DNA of 64,000 nt from Catajapyx aquilonaris. Its lineage: Eukaryota. The position numbers and the translations under genes were made by a program. Every line of letters begins with the position of its first letter. Position 1 is the first letter of the stretch. The stretch is from contig JYFJ02000112.1 of the NCBI GenBank assembly GCA_000934665.2, positions 1 to 64,000 on the forward strand, read 5' to 3'. The notes under the pieces are model-generated. The model was given only the letters and a program-made list of their open reading frames with translations, was not told where the DNA came from and searched no databases. Below are positions 14,601-28,100 of the stretch, one piece after another.

Positions 14601-17600
14601 CGCGTGCAACGCCCCTCCTTTTTTTAAAAAAAAAAAAAAAGAAGGGAAAGAAGAAGAAGGAGAGAAAGACCTGGAGGGGTATATATAAAATCACCCCCCC
14701 AAATAATGAGAAAATTGTACCTCCATCCTTCCCCACCCCTTCCAGCATGCCTGCAATCTTGATATTGATTTTGCAATGCGGGAGAGAAGGGTAGGGAGAG
14801 AGGGGGGGGGGTGGGAGAGAAGGGCTCAATGTTAACAGTATTTCAGAGCATTTACCCCTTTCGCCTCGAAAATCCCCCAGCGCTTTTGACAAACAGGAAA
14901 ACTAATAACGCCCGATGTTGACACATCTGGCTGACAACTCTAGACTTTTGTATTCTGTGTTTTTTATCAGTCTCTCTCTCACATACACTTTCTCTGCTGG
15001 TGTTAGATGGGGTGAAGATGGAGGACCCGACGTGATCCACCCTTGGTCGTCTAGAGTTCGTTAAACGGTCGCTCATTTCGTGACTCACTTGCCAAATCGC
15101 TTCCCATAAGACGCTTGAGTAGGTTATTCGAGATGGGGAGAGGTCGTCATCCGAAAGCATTAACCCCTTTCGACGAGGGAGTCTTCACGTGTCGAGATGA
15201 TACGTGAGAGGATCGCAATTGTGGAGGCCACCAAAGTCCCTGCTACCAGGGATTAGAAGCACGGTCCTTGGCTGGTTGGGGGAGGGGGACTAAAGGGGAT
15301 TACCCGCAATATTTAATCGTGAGGGAGAATGGGGGGGAAGTTCCAACCCATAAAATTGGTACACGCAATGAGAGGAGAGAGCACTTGATCCACTTGATTG
15401 TTTTGAAGGAAATGCGTTTATGCTCGTCTTCAGGCACTTGATTTGGGCTCAAATTGAACCTAATGGCGTGCGATGAATAAAATAACATGTCGTTACTTTG
15501 ATAAATAGTGGGCAGCACTGTATAATGCTCGTGGACATTCAATTTCTTCACAACGCATTAAGGCAATATGTTTTATCGCGTGCAAGAGCACCATTTGTAT
15601 ATACAGCAGCAAAAAACACTTATTCCGGCAAACAAAGTGGTTAACCACGTCCACATAAAATGAGACTGTCACTACACTATAGCGTAAATATTACAAAATC
15701 TAAATAGATACCACCTGGTTACAGGTCTCTATAGTGTGGTCCCAGCATCATGGAAGGAAAAGTTTGCAAATCCCTCTCTATTTAACAAGTGGATAAGGTC
15801 AGCAAAATTAATTTATCCTCTACTCCAGAGAGAGAGAGAGAGAGCTTATAGGGCTCCCCCATCTGGCTTGCCCAAATCTGACGTGTTGATCTCGTTCCCA
15901 ACGTCTGACATATCTAGCATTCCTAGAGATTGTCAGGACACGTTCACCAAAATCGTGTTGGATTCTCAGCATGGAAGGTGGGTTGATTTAGAGATAGTTG
16001 GCAGGGGGGGATGGGAGGGGGAAGGGCAAGGAAAAGGGGGGGGGGAGGGACAGAAGGGATTTCCGAGGGAGTAAATGGCGAGGAGATTTCCGCAGGCTGA
16101 CTGCATGTTGTTCTTAGGATCCGACTAAAGCTGCCTGGAAGGGAGGGGTAAGAACTCTGACATTGCAGCTAGCTGTAAGCAGATAAAAGCGCTGCCGTGC
16201 ATGCAATCCCCACGTTTGAGGAAATCTTATTACATCGCCATAATTACCGCTAATTCCTGCATGCATCGTCCAGACCAAAAAAAAAGGAAGAGAGTGAAAA
16301 AAAAAATCAGCAGCTGGAATCTAAAAAAAATTTCATTTCGTATGTGAACAAAGGGGACACAAATTACTTCATTAGTGAGCCTTTGAAGTACAAGTGATCA
16401 TTAGTTGCACAAAAGATATTTTTTTTGCACAAAAACTGGGGCCCCCTTTTTTTAAAAAAAAAACTACCGAATGTCTTCTTTATCCCAGACTAACTGCTTC
16501 TGCACTGTAACCTGCAGTCTCGCTTCGATTTTTCCATCTCCGGCACCGCCTTTCCCCTCCTGCACACTAAGGAACGGTCGTCCTGTTTCTGACAGAAGAA
16601 CATAAAGCCATGCCTGATAGAGGGAGAGGGGGTGCGGAGTAGAGGTGGAGGGTTGAGTGGGGGAGAGGCGAAAAAAAAAATCATAAAAAGAGAAACGATT
16701 TCAAAATTATTACGTGGCTGGCAATGAGTGGAACTTGTTACGGAGTCTGCTCTATTGTATCTTAAGAACCTCTAAAATATGGGGGAGGTTGCAAGAAAAG
16801 GGGGTTGGAGGAGGGGTGGTTATGCTCCCTGCCTTGCAGCGGTATATAGCTCAACTTGTCTTCCGAGGCGACAGACAGATTTATGAAAACAAACGCGCTT
16901 ATACATTGGTGTGGCAACTCATTGTGCCATTCACATACACTCCATTTCAGGAAGTTGAAGACTAAAATGGATTACCGATTCTGCTGTACATTTTTTGTCA
17001 TAAAAATTCCAATTCATATTTTCGAAAAGTGCAACCGTAACTGACTTACAGGCAATGTTGCATTTGTGTGGTGATAGATTAAAGCCATCGCAAAGGTTCT
17101 CCTCAAGTAGCAGTGGTTTAATGAACACTTGTCACAGCATAATTAAAAAAAAAAACGAAAGTCCACTTTGCAAAACAGCAACCGACTGCAACTATAAAAA
17201 TTCGCCCGGATGCAATTAAACTTCCTGACTTACTATTTGCAGCACAATCAAACATGAAGGACAGCAAAGGCTTCTCATGCCCAATATAATCACCCTGTAT
17301 TATTAATGAAAACAAGAGCTCAATAGCGACAGAGTCAATCGGAATTCTGCAATAGTCTCGGAATCAAACATTCATGATCGGTTATCCACCACTTCCTGAA
17401 AGCACCTGATCCTCCACGTGTCATGCTATCATCGCCACCGCTGCCTAAATACGTAAAAGGCTGCCAGACCAAAAAAGGGGGCGTCAGAGTGATGAAAAGA
17501 GCTCTTTTCTCTTTTTATACAAGTTGTATAAATCCTTTCCCCACCTCTTACTTTTTGGGGGGGCTCTTTTCTCTTTGTTCTTGGTTTTCCGCTCTGCTCG

Positions 17601-20600
17601 GTGCTTGATTTGCCACCTGACCAACTCGGAAGATGAAAGACTCAATCAAGTGCGACTGGAAAACACTTGGGTTGGGGAAACTGCGGATTAGGCGCAAGGG
17701 CGATCAGGAATGAAAAAGAAAGGAAAGGGGGAAAAAAAGGCGGAGGAGAAAAGTGTCAGCATCAAGCATTTTTCTGGAGCAGATAATTCATTCCTGTTGT
17801 ACCGCTTTTTTTCACCCGTCTTCTCAATCGCTAAAAGCCTTTTTTGTTTTCGCCCCCACTCTCAGCGAATAGATTTGCCATTTTCACCTAACAAATTTTT
17901 AACCCCTAAGGTACAAATTGCAATGTCAGGAGCGCAGTGTCCCGGAATTAATTCCTCCGAAAAAAAAAGCCGGCGAGTCATAAGCATTCCCCTGCGTGGC
18001 ATTTAACAACATAGTAAAAATGGGAAGTTAATTATTATGAATGCGGCTTGGTGCACCGGTTTACCTGGGGGGGGTTAATAAAATTTGTGTTGCCGGGTGT
18101 ATATATAGTTGCGGTGGGGTAATAATTTTTGAGGGACGAGTCCCCTGCTGAGCGTCAGGAGAAATATACAGAAAGCATTTTGATTGAAACGCATGCATGG
18201 GTAGCAGCTGGGTAGCAGCTAACTAACTTCATTAGCTTGCCGCCGGATTCCGTAATCCGCCACTCACAAGTTATCGCATTAGGATTATCTCCTGCAAACA
18301 CGGTAGCATATGCTCGCATTGTGATAGGTGAGAAGATTTCAAGCCCAGTAATATTGGCAACGTATTCAGAGAAAAAAAATACATATATTTTAATGCAAAA
18401 AGGCGTTTCAGCTGAAGTGATACACTTATGCCTGTAACGCACTTGGTAGTCCACATTTCAATCAAATGAGAAGTGCAGCCCCCAGCACCAATGCAGGCTT
18501 CTGAATTCAGGTCATGAGTACCCCATGGCTGCAAGCCAGACTCGAAATTCGCCTCATCCTTCCATTATATCTCTCACAAAAAAAGGACGAAAAAAGGGGA
18601 GAGAGAGAGAGAAAAAAAAAATCCTTTTTGGCGGCCTCGTCGTCATATAGTCTTCGTTGTCGTCGTCTTCGTTTTCTCCAACTCTGCCAAGGCGCCTGCC
18701 GATCAATATGATTTTGGGTGAAGGGGGAGGTAGGCCGCATTCAAGTCTCTGAATAGGCTCTTGAAGTACTATTGTTCTTCCCAGTTTTAATAGGCAAGCT
18801 AATAATTCTTGGGGGAGGGCTTCGTTTTGTCCCCCTGGCTCCGGTCTCGCGGTCGTTAGACTTGAGTATGGTTTTTGGTGTGAGAGGAGGGTATATGGAT
18901 AGGATGAGTTGGGGAGGGGGGGGGGGCGTAGAGATGGTTGAGCTTTGAAGGATGCCTCGTCTCTGATTCCACGTCCTGTCCCATTTTCGGCTCGCATACT
19001 TCACCTCTCCAACTTTCCGGAGGGCGTAAACACGTCGACGAGCACCATTCCGCTTCCTTTGGTTTGTGATTTGTTCCTCCGGGGGCAGGAAGAACTGGAG
19101 GGGGTGGGGGGTTGGGAGAAGAGAAGCAGAAGAAAAAAAAAATGTGGGGGGGTCTCCAAGGAAAAGCCGGCGCTAACTATTGGGAAAGTCGCCACCACGG
19201 AGGAATCGCCTCCAGCGACGCAATCAAGAGATATTATCCATCATAACACACCGTGTTGACACAAGGCTCGTCTCAGCCAGATTGGGTCAAAGGAAAGGAC
19301 GGAAAATAAGATGGGGGTAACAAATAAAGTTTGACAAAAGGCATTAAGGTTTCACACTGTGACTTATAAGCTGTCCGACTATAGTAGGCTTACTCTTTTT
19401 CTCTTTTTTTTTGTAAACAAGTTTTGTTATGCAATGGAACGCCTTCCATCCTAACACCATGCAACAATAGCAATAACAAATTGTAACAATTCAGAAGAGT
19501 CGCACATTTCTACCAAGCTATTCTCATTACAGAGCTAATTAATTCCTACCAATGTCAAATTAACAACTGACATTATATGAGCTGAGGTAGTTATTGTATA
19601 ATCACAATGCTGAAAGTTACATGTAACAGTATACTGTAGTGTACAGTACAGTACATTATTTTGTGTACTGCAGTCGAGTATACTTAGGGTGCAACTAGCC
19701 CCTGTAAAGTAAACTTCACGTTGCACAGAAGATGTGCACGGGTTAGCTAATCGCCAGGATGAGCAGTAACCTCGCTGAAGATCTCAGCGGATCGTGGTTT
19801 ATATCCAAGTATAGCTTTCGCTGGCTATTTTACGGATCTAAAACATTTGGTTGCTCTAATCTAGTGCAAATAAAGCGTCAGTTCAACATGAGGGCTCGCG
19901 TGTGGCCATAGTCAACGATTGAACCTGGAGTCAAATTGTTAGCATTTTTCTCTACTTTCTCCTCGAGCAAATCAACTGTAAGAGTGACTGATTTCGTATT
20001 GTGGGGAGACACGCAGATATCATAAAGGCAAGTAGGAATGCCATCACACGATCATAGGTAGCCTTATGGGAGAGGGTGAATGCCTCCTCTGTGTACATAA
20101 AGCGCTCTAATTCTGATGAGCAAAATCTCCATTTGCATGGTCAACCACAGAGGCGTGTCTGTTTGCCAACAACGATTCCCCTCCCCTGCCAGCCCTCTCC
20201 CTGCCTGCCTATGCCCCTCACCAAAAAAAAAAAGAACTTTCAAGTCCCATTGACGTCTGCAAAGGTGACCAGGCGTAAAATAACCTGCATACACACAAAG
20301 CGTGATTAGGCTCATGACTTGAAAGCGCGCGCAACGCAACGCGCTGGCTTTTTCAATCATGCATTTTAACGCCAATAATTTAATCCGAGGGGTTAATCAG
20401 CTTCTATATGTGGGTGCACTTCATCCCCCACACTATGTGTAGTGAATAACAAGGCCTCCCCCCATATACAGTATGCCTGGGGTTGGATGCCCGGACCCGG
20501 TTGGTTCATGTCAGGATGAAGGACCCTCCAAAAATACCCCCCCACCACCACCTATACTGTATGTGTGATATCGCCATATGCAACCAATTAGCATACTGCT

Positions 20601-21940
20601 CACCTCAATGAGCGAAAAGTTGGCACCACAGCATATTCGCAACTAATATTTGCACACACGCCCCCATCCCTATAGTAATGCAACTATTGTTTTCCGCACA
20701 CATATGCATTTATTGTGTACGGAATAAAACATCATCAGTCCCTGTGTGGGCTGGGTGGACAGGGGCCGTGGGAGGGGTTAATGGAAATGAGTACAAATAT
20801 GGAGTGAATGACGAGTCAGGCCGGGAATTACCCCCCCTGCTGGAGAGAGAGAGAGGCGGTGGGGGAGGGAAAGGCTAACAATTCGCACCAATTTCCCTCC
20901 CGCGTAAATCCTGTTGGGCGAAATTTCTCCCGCCGCCATCTGTCGCCCTGCTGCTGAACAATTTACTCCTTTCTCACATCTTCCCTCGGCAGTCTTCCCT
21001 GTCATTATCCGTCCCAAACTCCAATCTACAGCTTCCCTAAATCCCTGCCGACAGAAGAATATAGCGTCATCAAGTGGGGTGAGGCGGGGCTAAGAACGGG
21101 GGCAGGTTGAGGAGGAGGAGGAGGGAGAAGAAAAGGCTGAAGTACGAGGCTCTCTTGGTCTTCTTGCCTCAAAATTTTGACAAGATGTCGGCTGGTGGAA
21201 AGCTATCATCTGCACGACACGATGCTATCCAGCAGTTTGCATGAATAAAGCCATGCAAGGACCACCTTCCCGCGTCCGTACGTGACAACGACCAAGTAAA
21301 CGCAATATATCCAGCAGTTCCGCCATATTTCAAACCACCCTCCCCTACTCTGTCGGCATGACTGCCGACGATATATTGGGCTTTATATGGCCATTCAAGC
21401 CCTGGGCTTTTGGCAATCAATGATTCTGCTGCTACCTCCACTAGTATACACAGAGTACCTAAATCTAATTGCGGGCAAATTCAATACAAGCAGGGGGGTT
21501 GCTCAAGAGATAAACAGCTCGGATTATAGTCAACATGGCTGTTGAGAATATATTTCGAAGGCATAATCGGTACGGATGCAATCAATGACGATTACAGGGT
21601 GACTCAAAATGTCGTGCAAAATTTACACAAAGGGACAAGTTACGAATGGTTGAATCCAGCAACCAGTTCAAAGCGGAAAAAAGTAAAAATCTAGTTGAAA
21701 TAACACCAATTTGCACTCCTCTGTAGTGTACATTTTCAACTGACGCAATCAGTTCTTAACGGTAACTTTCCGTCAATTCGAACCTACTGAATATTTCTAA
21801 AACAATATAAGTTATTAAATGAATTAGCCAGTTGAAAGACAATGTTGACCAAAAGTGTTGGATGGAAATTTCCAAAAATGATTTCGCCTATTCGCATGTT
21901 GTGACCTTATTTGCCTTTACATCAAATACAGTTGCAGGTA

Positions 21941-22119
21941 CAGTTGAATCCGAATATAACAGGCTCGGCTATAATGGACTTTCGGTTATAACAAACTCGA
22001 AAGGCCGGTCCCGGCATACTTCCATGTATGGCTTGTGTATTCGGCTATAACAGACCTTGGTTATAATAACACACTGATTTCCACGGTCCCTTGAAGTCTG
22101 TTATATCCGGATTCAACTG
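21941..22119. mobile_element. Tc1/mariner-superfamily (pogo/Tigger-type) MITE, 179 bp
   Basis: TIRs of about 25 bp (CAGTTGAATCCG[A/G]ATATAACAG[G/A]CT, 2 mismatches), TA TSD on both sides, and internal repeats of CGG[C/T]TATAA and CGGTCCC. Confidence 0.88.
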
Positions 22120-25100
22120 TATAAAATTTAATAAATTTCCTCACTCCGTACCACACACTGCACAATTTAATCAACGCATATTTCATATTTAACTAATAAG
22201 TATTTGTTAACCTTCTGTCCACCTCGCACCAAGGCGCTTCGCTATAGTGTGCGTTCTATTAATGAAGACAGGTCAGATATTATAATCAAGTGTGAATTCA
22301 GCTGGAATTTTTGTGCATATACGTGATTGGAATATTGCGCCGAATTTATCGCCCGGTTCGGCATAATATAGAAAGCACCAAGTGTATCAGAATAACGCCA
22401 GTCCTCATGTCGGCAAGGAAACGATCCGGATACACTTGTCAATGGTCACCTAAAAATGTCCGGACCATTTCAGTGCCGATAGTACAGTTTTAAAATTAAA
22501 CGCAGTGCAGTGGCCTGACAGGATATTTGATTGCGTATTCCCTCAGCGGCACCAAACACGCCTTGGAATATTTTAACAAACTGCATCCCCCCACCCTATT
22601 TAATTGGCAGTATATTTTAATTCAATCATTCATTCCATGTCCCAATGATGCGACTGTCTGGCAGCTACACGGTCCCTCCAAATCCGAGTTTCAGCTCCCC
22701 CCCAAAAAGTGTACTATTGGATTGGTGTGTGTGCATGTGAGTGCATGTGTGTAGCTGGAGGGGTTGGGTACACGGGAAGGGAAATGTGGTGGTGGTAGGG
22801 GGGGGGGGGGATGCTATGAACTATACCAGAGCTAAGCTAGACTGGTGCAGCGTGGGGCGAGAACTGGCTGGTTGGCGGAAAGAGGATCGATTTGCTCCCC
22901 CACTGCCTAGGTTTCTGCGGCCAAAAGCTTCGCAGTAGGGTTGGAAACAGTTCCCTTGGCTCCCCCAAAAAGACTTGAACCCAGGCCAAAAAAAGAGGGG
23001 GGGGAGGGGGGAGGGGGAACGAGTACAATTTTGTTATCTCTAGTCGGCAGGTGTAGTAAGTGCTTCCGCAATAGGGATCATTCATGATTTTTTTTTTACT
23101 GCACCACAAGCGCTATGTTTTCATATTCAGCGATTATTCAGAGCAGGATTACTATTTTTATTCTCCGGTAGGCTACTGTCCATCCGGTGGGCGGCTCCTC
23201 TCTTCTTTTTTTCCCCAAATAAAAAAACGTGACATGAGGCCGAATATACCTGCGGTCATCAGGCAGCAATAATGAACCAGGACTCGTCAATAAAATATGT
23301 GAAATTCCGCATGTGGCTCGCCACATGGAATAAATTAAATCATATCAATTTCGAAAGGCAGCGGGGAGGGACCCAACCACCATATAAACCCCCATCAATA
23401 AATCCCGGGACCCCAAGTTGTTCTCGCCCAGCGTATCCAAATGACTGTAATCTTCCATTGGTATGGTGGGGACCTGGTACACATACCTAAAAACCAGTCA
23501 CTCAACATTTCCATTTCTGGGCTATATGACAGTGATGGTAGGGTAGACCTGTATTTACAATCCGCATGGTTCTTCATTTTTTGGGAGGGCCATCCCCTCG
23601 AGGGTACAACGTTTCATCGTAAATAGTAGCTCTCTTTTTTTGTTGTGCGCCCATAGTAGACTGCATATCTCTGTCACCAGGACGGGCTTTTTTAAAAATG
23701 GCAGCGGAAGTGACACGTTTTCCTCGCCTCTCTCATCCCCGGCATATCATTCTGGACATACGAGAGATGACCCCGGAAGATAAACCCGCTCTCTTGTAAG
23801 CAACGTTAACTGGCGGGGCTTCATGCGGTTGCTGCTTGATGCCTACAATCGCTGGCTTAATGTCAAGCCTAATGATAGCCCATCCCCCCAGCCTCTCCTC
23901 TATTACAACACATCCAACTCTTGCTAAATACTATCCCTTCCTTAATTATTGTTGGGAGAGGGGGTCATTACAGATGAAAAAAGGGTTAATTAGCGCCCTG
24001 GAATATATCATTTTTGACCAGTTCATTCACCCAGCTTATGAAATACTATCGGGCTGGGATCATATAATATTGGTGATGGCTTCAGTGCTGAAACATTCGT
24101 AATGGAATTCGCACACGTTCCATGCGGATTAAAAAATAATTGGCTTGTTGGTATAGGGGCGACCATTTACAATGCTATGCCACTTTTTTTGGACTATAAA
24201 TGAGTACAGTTCACACTGGTTTGCGTTACAGTGCAATATGTGGAAAGGTCGACGACCTTTTAATATTTTAACACAATTTTTGCATGGGTTTCCAGGACGG
24301 TATTTACTTTCCTAATCAGCAATTTTGGGCGGAACTGCCACATGGGGGGGGGGGGGGGGGNAGGCGATTACACCAATAAAAAAAGGGGGGCTGCAACAGG
24401 GATTAGACCCCCGGTTTTTTTTTGTGAGAAGAAGCATGGGAGCCTTCACAAGCAGCTCAATTTAAAGACGATCACACTTAGAAACCCCTGAAGAAACGTC
24501 CAAAAAAAATGTAGCCCCAATTAAACTTAAGCGATCCTCACTTTTCACGCGCCTTAAAGACAATGTAAGGAGAGGTCCAGTCCATCCAATTTGCACAAAA
24601 GTGCAGTACCCGGAAAGAAAATTGCTCACTTCGCCAAATGTGATATTAAAGTGCAGGTAATAAAATCGCTGAAATTTCATTCGACAGAGCGACCCAGCGG
24701 TTGTAATTAATTACGAAAGCTGCAGCTTCGGTTTAGATCGGACCTATTTGTCCCAATGTATTGCACATTTGCAAAGTTTTATTTTCAACTCTCCTTGGGT
24801 TTTACCCTTATCCCAGAGGCATAGCCATCAAGGACCCAGGGCCTTCCTTCCACGCTCCATAGAATTGAAATAAGAGTCCTACCACACCTCTCTCTTTTTT
24901 AAAAAAAAAAAAAAAAACCGGAGAGTAAAAAAAAAGACCGGCTTGGCTAACAATAAAATTGGGTTCTTTCAAACTTTATGTATACGACAACTTCTTTACC
25001 CACCGAGCTCACAGATGTTTGAAGCTCGGCGGAAGGAACTTCCGAGATTTTCCGCACCCCAGACAAAGGAGTTGTCGGGTTATTTTAACGGCGAGCGTGC

Positions 25101-28100
25101 TCGGCCCCATCTCTCGCGAATTTGTATATAACAAAAGAGAAGGGGATGGAGAGGGTGGGGGGGTAAGGGATAGAGAGGGTAGGGGGGAGTGAAAATGCAC
25201 CCAAGGGAAAGTGGGCTCCATTCCAACTTTTTGGCCCAAAAGAAATTTGTCGCCGATTTCGGGAAGAAAAGTTTTGTAGCTGAGCTACGCGAACGGACAA
25301 AATCAATCCACTTGAATAGATACATTGTTCCTAAAAAAAAAAAGAGTAAGTCGAGAACTGGGAAAAATAAAATAAAAAGAACGATACAAACTACTGTTGA
25401 TGCCAATTTTGAGAAATGCACAAAGTTTTTGTTTCTCGCCTCTCTTTTTTTTCTACGGTTTCTGTGTGAAGCCGACACACACTGGAAAAACTTCGCACAA
25501 TTTATAGAACCCTATTTGTTAGACAAAAAGCCAGCAACATACGTGTCGAGATAGCTATACATTCGGCCCTAATAACGTTTTATTATATTTAAAAAAAATA
25601 ACCGACACATTAGTGTGAACCGTGTTATCTTGGCATAATCACGCTTGGCTAAAAGTGTAAATCCACATGAGCAACAGGGTGTGACTGCAGTATATTTTCT
25701 TACACTAGCACCTTAGACTAGCACGTTGTTTGAACAAGGAATGTCATGCGTGGTTGACATTCTTCTGCACCCAAATCGACTCTTTCATCACGAGCTGTCC
25801 ACACTTCACCCATGCTCTTGTGCATTATCCCGGTACCTCTGTTGTCTTGCTAACTGCTAATGCACTCATAATAACTGTCTGTTTGTAGCAAGAGTTATAG
25901 TGGTTTCGCTTGTAACCTGCCACTGTCCTCCACTATACTGTACACCACACAGCTCCCAGGATTGTACAGTTAGAGCTGTTTGGACTCTGCATCTCTTATT
26001 AACAGATTCAGTTACGTCCAGTCCCCCCCTCCCCGAGCATTTGACTCTAATCTCCGCCGACAAGCAGTCCTTCCCAGCTTTTGATAAATGACGTTAATAT
26101 ACCTAAGTGCCCAGCTACATTTCGGTGCCTTTCCTTAAAGACCTCAACAAGCATTTCTCTGGACATTTCTAAGCCGACGGAAGACAGTCGGTCCCTCCCG
26201 AGCAAAAGGGTTTGGGTTATAGTGGGGGGGTGGGGGTTGATATTGTGGTTGATGAGACTTCATTATGCTTGCAGCCGGTGGCGGCTGTTGCAGGTTGCCA
26301 ATGTGCTGCCTGTCTAACGACTCGACCCTCCGAGAAACAATTGACACCGGGGAATGGAAGCTCGGGGAGGGAGGGTGCAAAGTCTTCCTCTTCTGGATGC
26401 TGGGGGGGAGTGAAAATGTCATCTCCAGCACCGGGGCTGTGTTTGCATATTGCGATCAAGGAGAGACCGGAGTAGCTAGCTGGGTATGGAAATATGGCCC
26501 AATTGAAGTGGCTGCGAAGGTATTAACATTCACCGGAATGTTAAAACCTTGAGCTCTGTGAGGATGGGGGGGAGTCTATTTATGATTCCACATGGTTTGG
26601 GGAGGGATAAACTTTGGACCACCGTCAGTTTATAAATCTTCAACGACCCCCTCCCCATTATGAAACGCTCAATACTACCACATGGGGAGGCTTCGAAACA
26701 GTTTATAAATAATGCACGTGCCATTATGTCAACCAAAAAAAAGTTTTACCGGCCCGTTTACATCGCGGTATTCCGGGTTTAATCTCGTACTATTATGCGA
26801 CGAGCGGTTGTAGAGGCAGACTGCAAGTCAAATGTAAACCCTACAGTACACTCCAGACTCAATAATTCAGCCGAATTCGCGGACTGTCCGAATGAATAGC
26901 GCTGTACCACAGCTCTGAATCTCCTTTCATCATATTGCTCCGGAGGCATGCAATAAAATTGCACAGTTCGGACACATATTAGCTGTGATGTGTTCAGTTT
27001 AAAATGGTAGCAGAAAAGTCCTTGCAATTTTTATACCCTAACCAGCCACCTAGTACTGCATTCTGAACAATTACAAATGCATATTACGCCTCTAATTAGC
27101 CAAATTGAGCTAACTGAACCATCTGCAAGAACTAGGCCGTATATTATAATCACAATGGGCTGGTGGCCTTGTTTAACAAACCATAACTGCAGGACACCTG
27201 TTATTGCTCTCGCAGAAAGTAAGCGACAACCATTGGCAATAATGACTAGTAATTAGCGCCAGCCCTGCAGGAAGATGACCTAGCAGATTCGCAATTTGCA
27301 TTAGGAAGCCAAGGCTGTTGCAAGAATGCAGGATCCAGAAGCCTCTGACATTAGGCATAATCTGACCTAGAAGCCAAATCTACAGAATTGAAACACGAGC
27401 AAAGAAAAATAATAGCTACTTTTTTGTGTGCTTGTGGGTTTTGTGCGGTACGCTTCCCCCTCCCCTCCCCTCTCACCGAAAATGAAAATGTCAGGTCCAG
27501 AAGGAAGCCTATATATCATAACGAAAGGAAAGGAAGAAAAAAAAAGGACTCGGGAGTGCCAGAGTTGCCATTAAGGGCACCGAGCAAGCAAATTATAGAG
27601 CCCAAAAAGAGCTCCCGCTTCTCTAATATACAAAGTTCCTGAATGGATAGGAAAATCGCTTTTAGATGGCTCATAAAAACACGTCGCTGAAATTTCTGGT
27701 CCTGTCCACATCTAATATTCCTCCCGGTTATCGCGTTCAGCACGAGAGGAGTCTCTCTCCTCCGCCCATCATTAAGACTTATTTTCTCAGAGAGCCATAT
27801 TTTGCCTCCTCCAATATGGCCCGCCCCACTGCTGGGGAAACAGAAACGTCCAATTTGATCCGTCCATCATCTTTTTCTTCCAGAGCCGGGGGTAAAAGGA
27901 GAGTTACAAAATGAATGAGACAGGCCACCATCTTTGAAGAAGAAGGCCCTTCCAAGGATTCTCTACACTTGCGCAAGTTATCGGTCTCTCCGGGAGCTCT
28001 CCCCCATTTCACTTCTCCCCAACCTGCTTGTCCTTCCTCACCAATCTCTGTCGTGCTTCCTATTCGATGTGCTTTTTTGGCAGCTTTTTTTTCTTCTTCT

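Noticed and set aside
19583..19602. let-7-like sequence TGAGGTAGTTATTGTATAAT
   Set aside because: It shares the seed and TTGTATA, but I found no complementary arm to form a pre-miRNA hairpin and no miR-100/miR-125 neighbours.
21594..21610. TACAGGGTGACTCAAAA, resembling a mariner-type TIR start (also CAGGGTGTTTC near 45106)
   Set aside because: No matching inverted partner found downstream.
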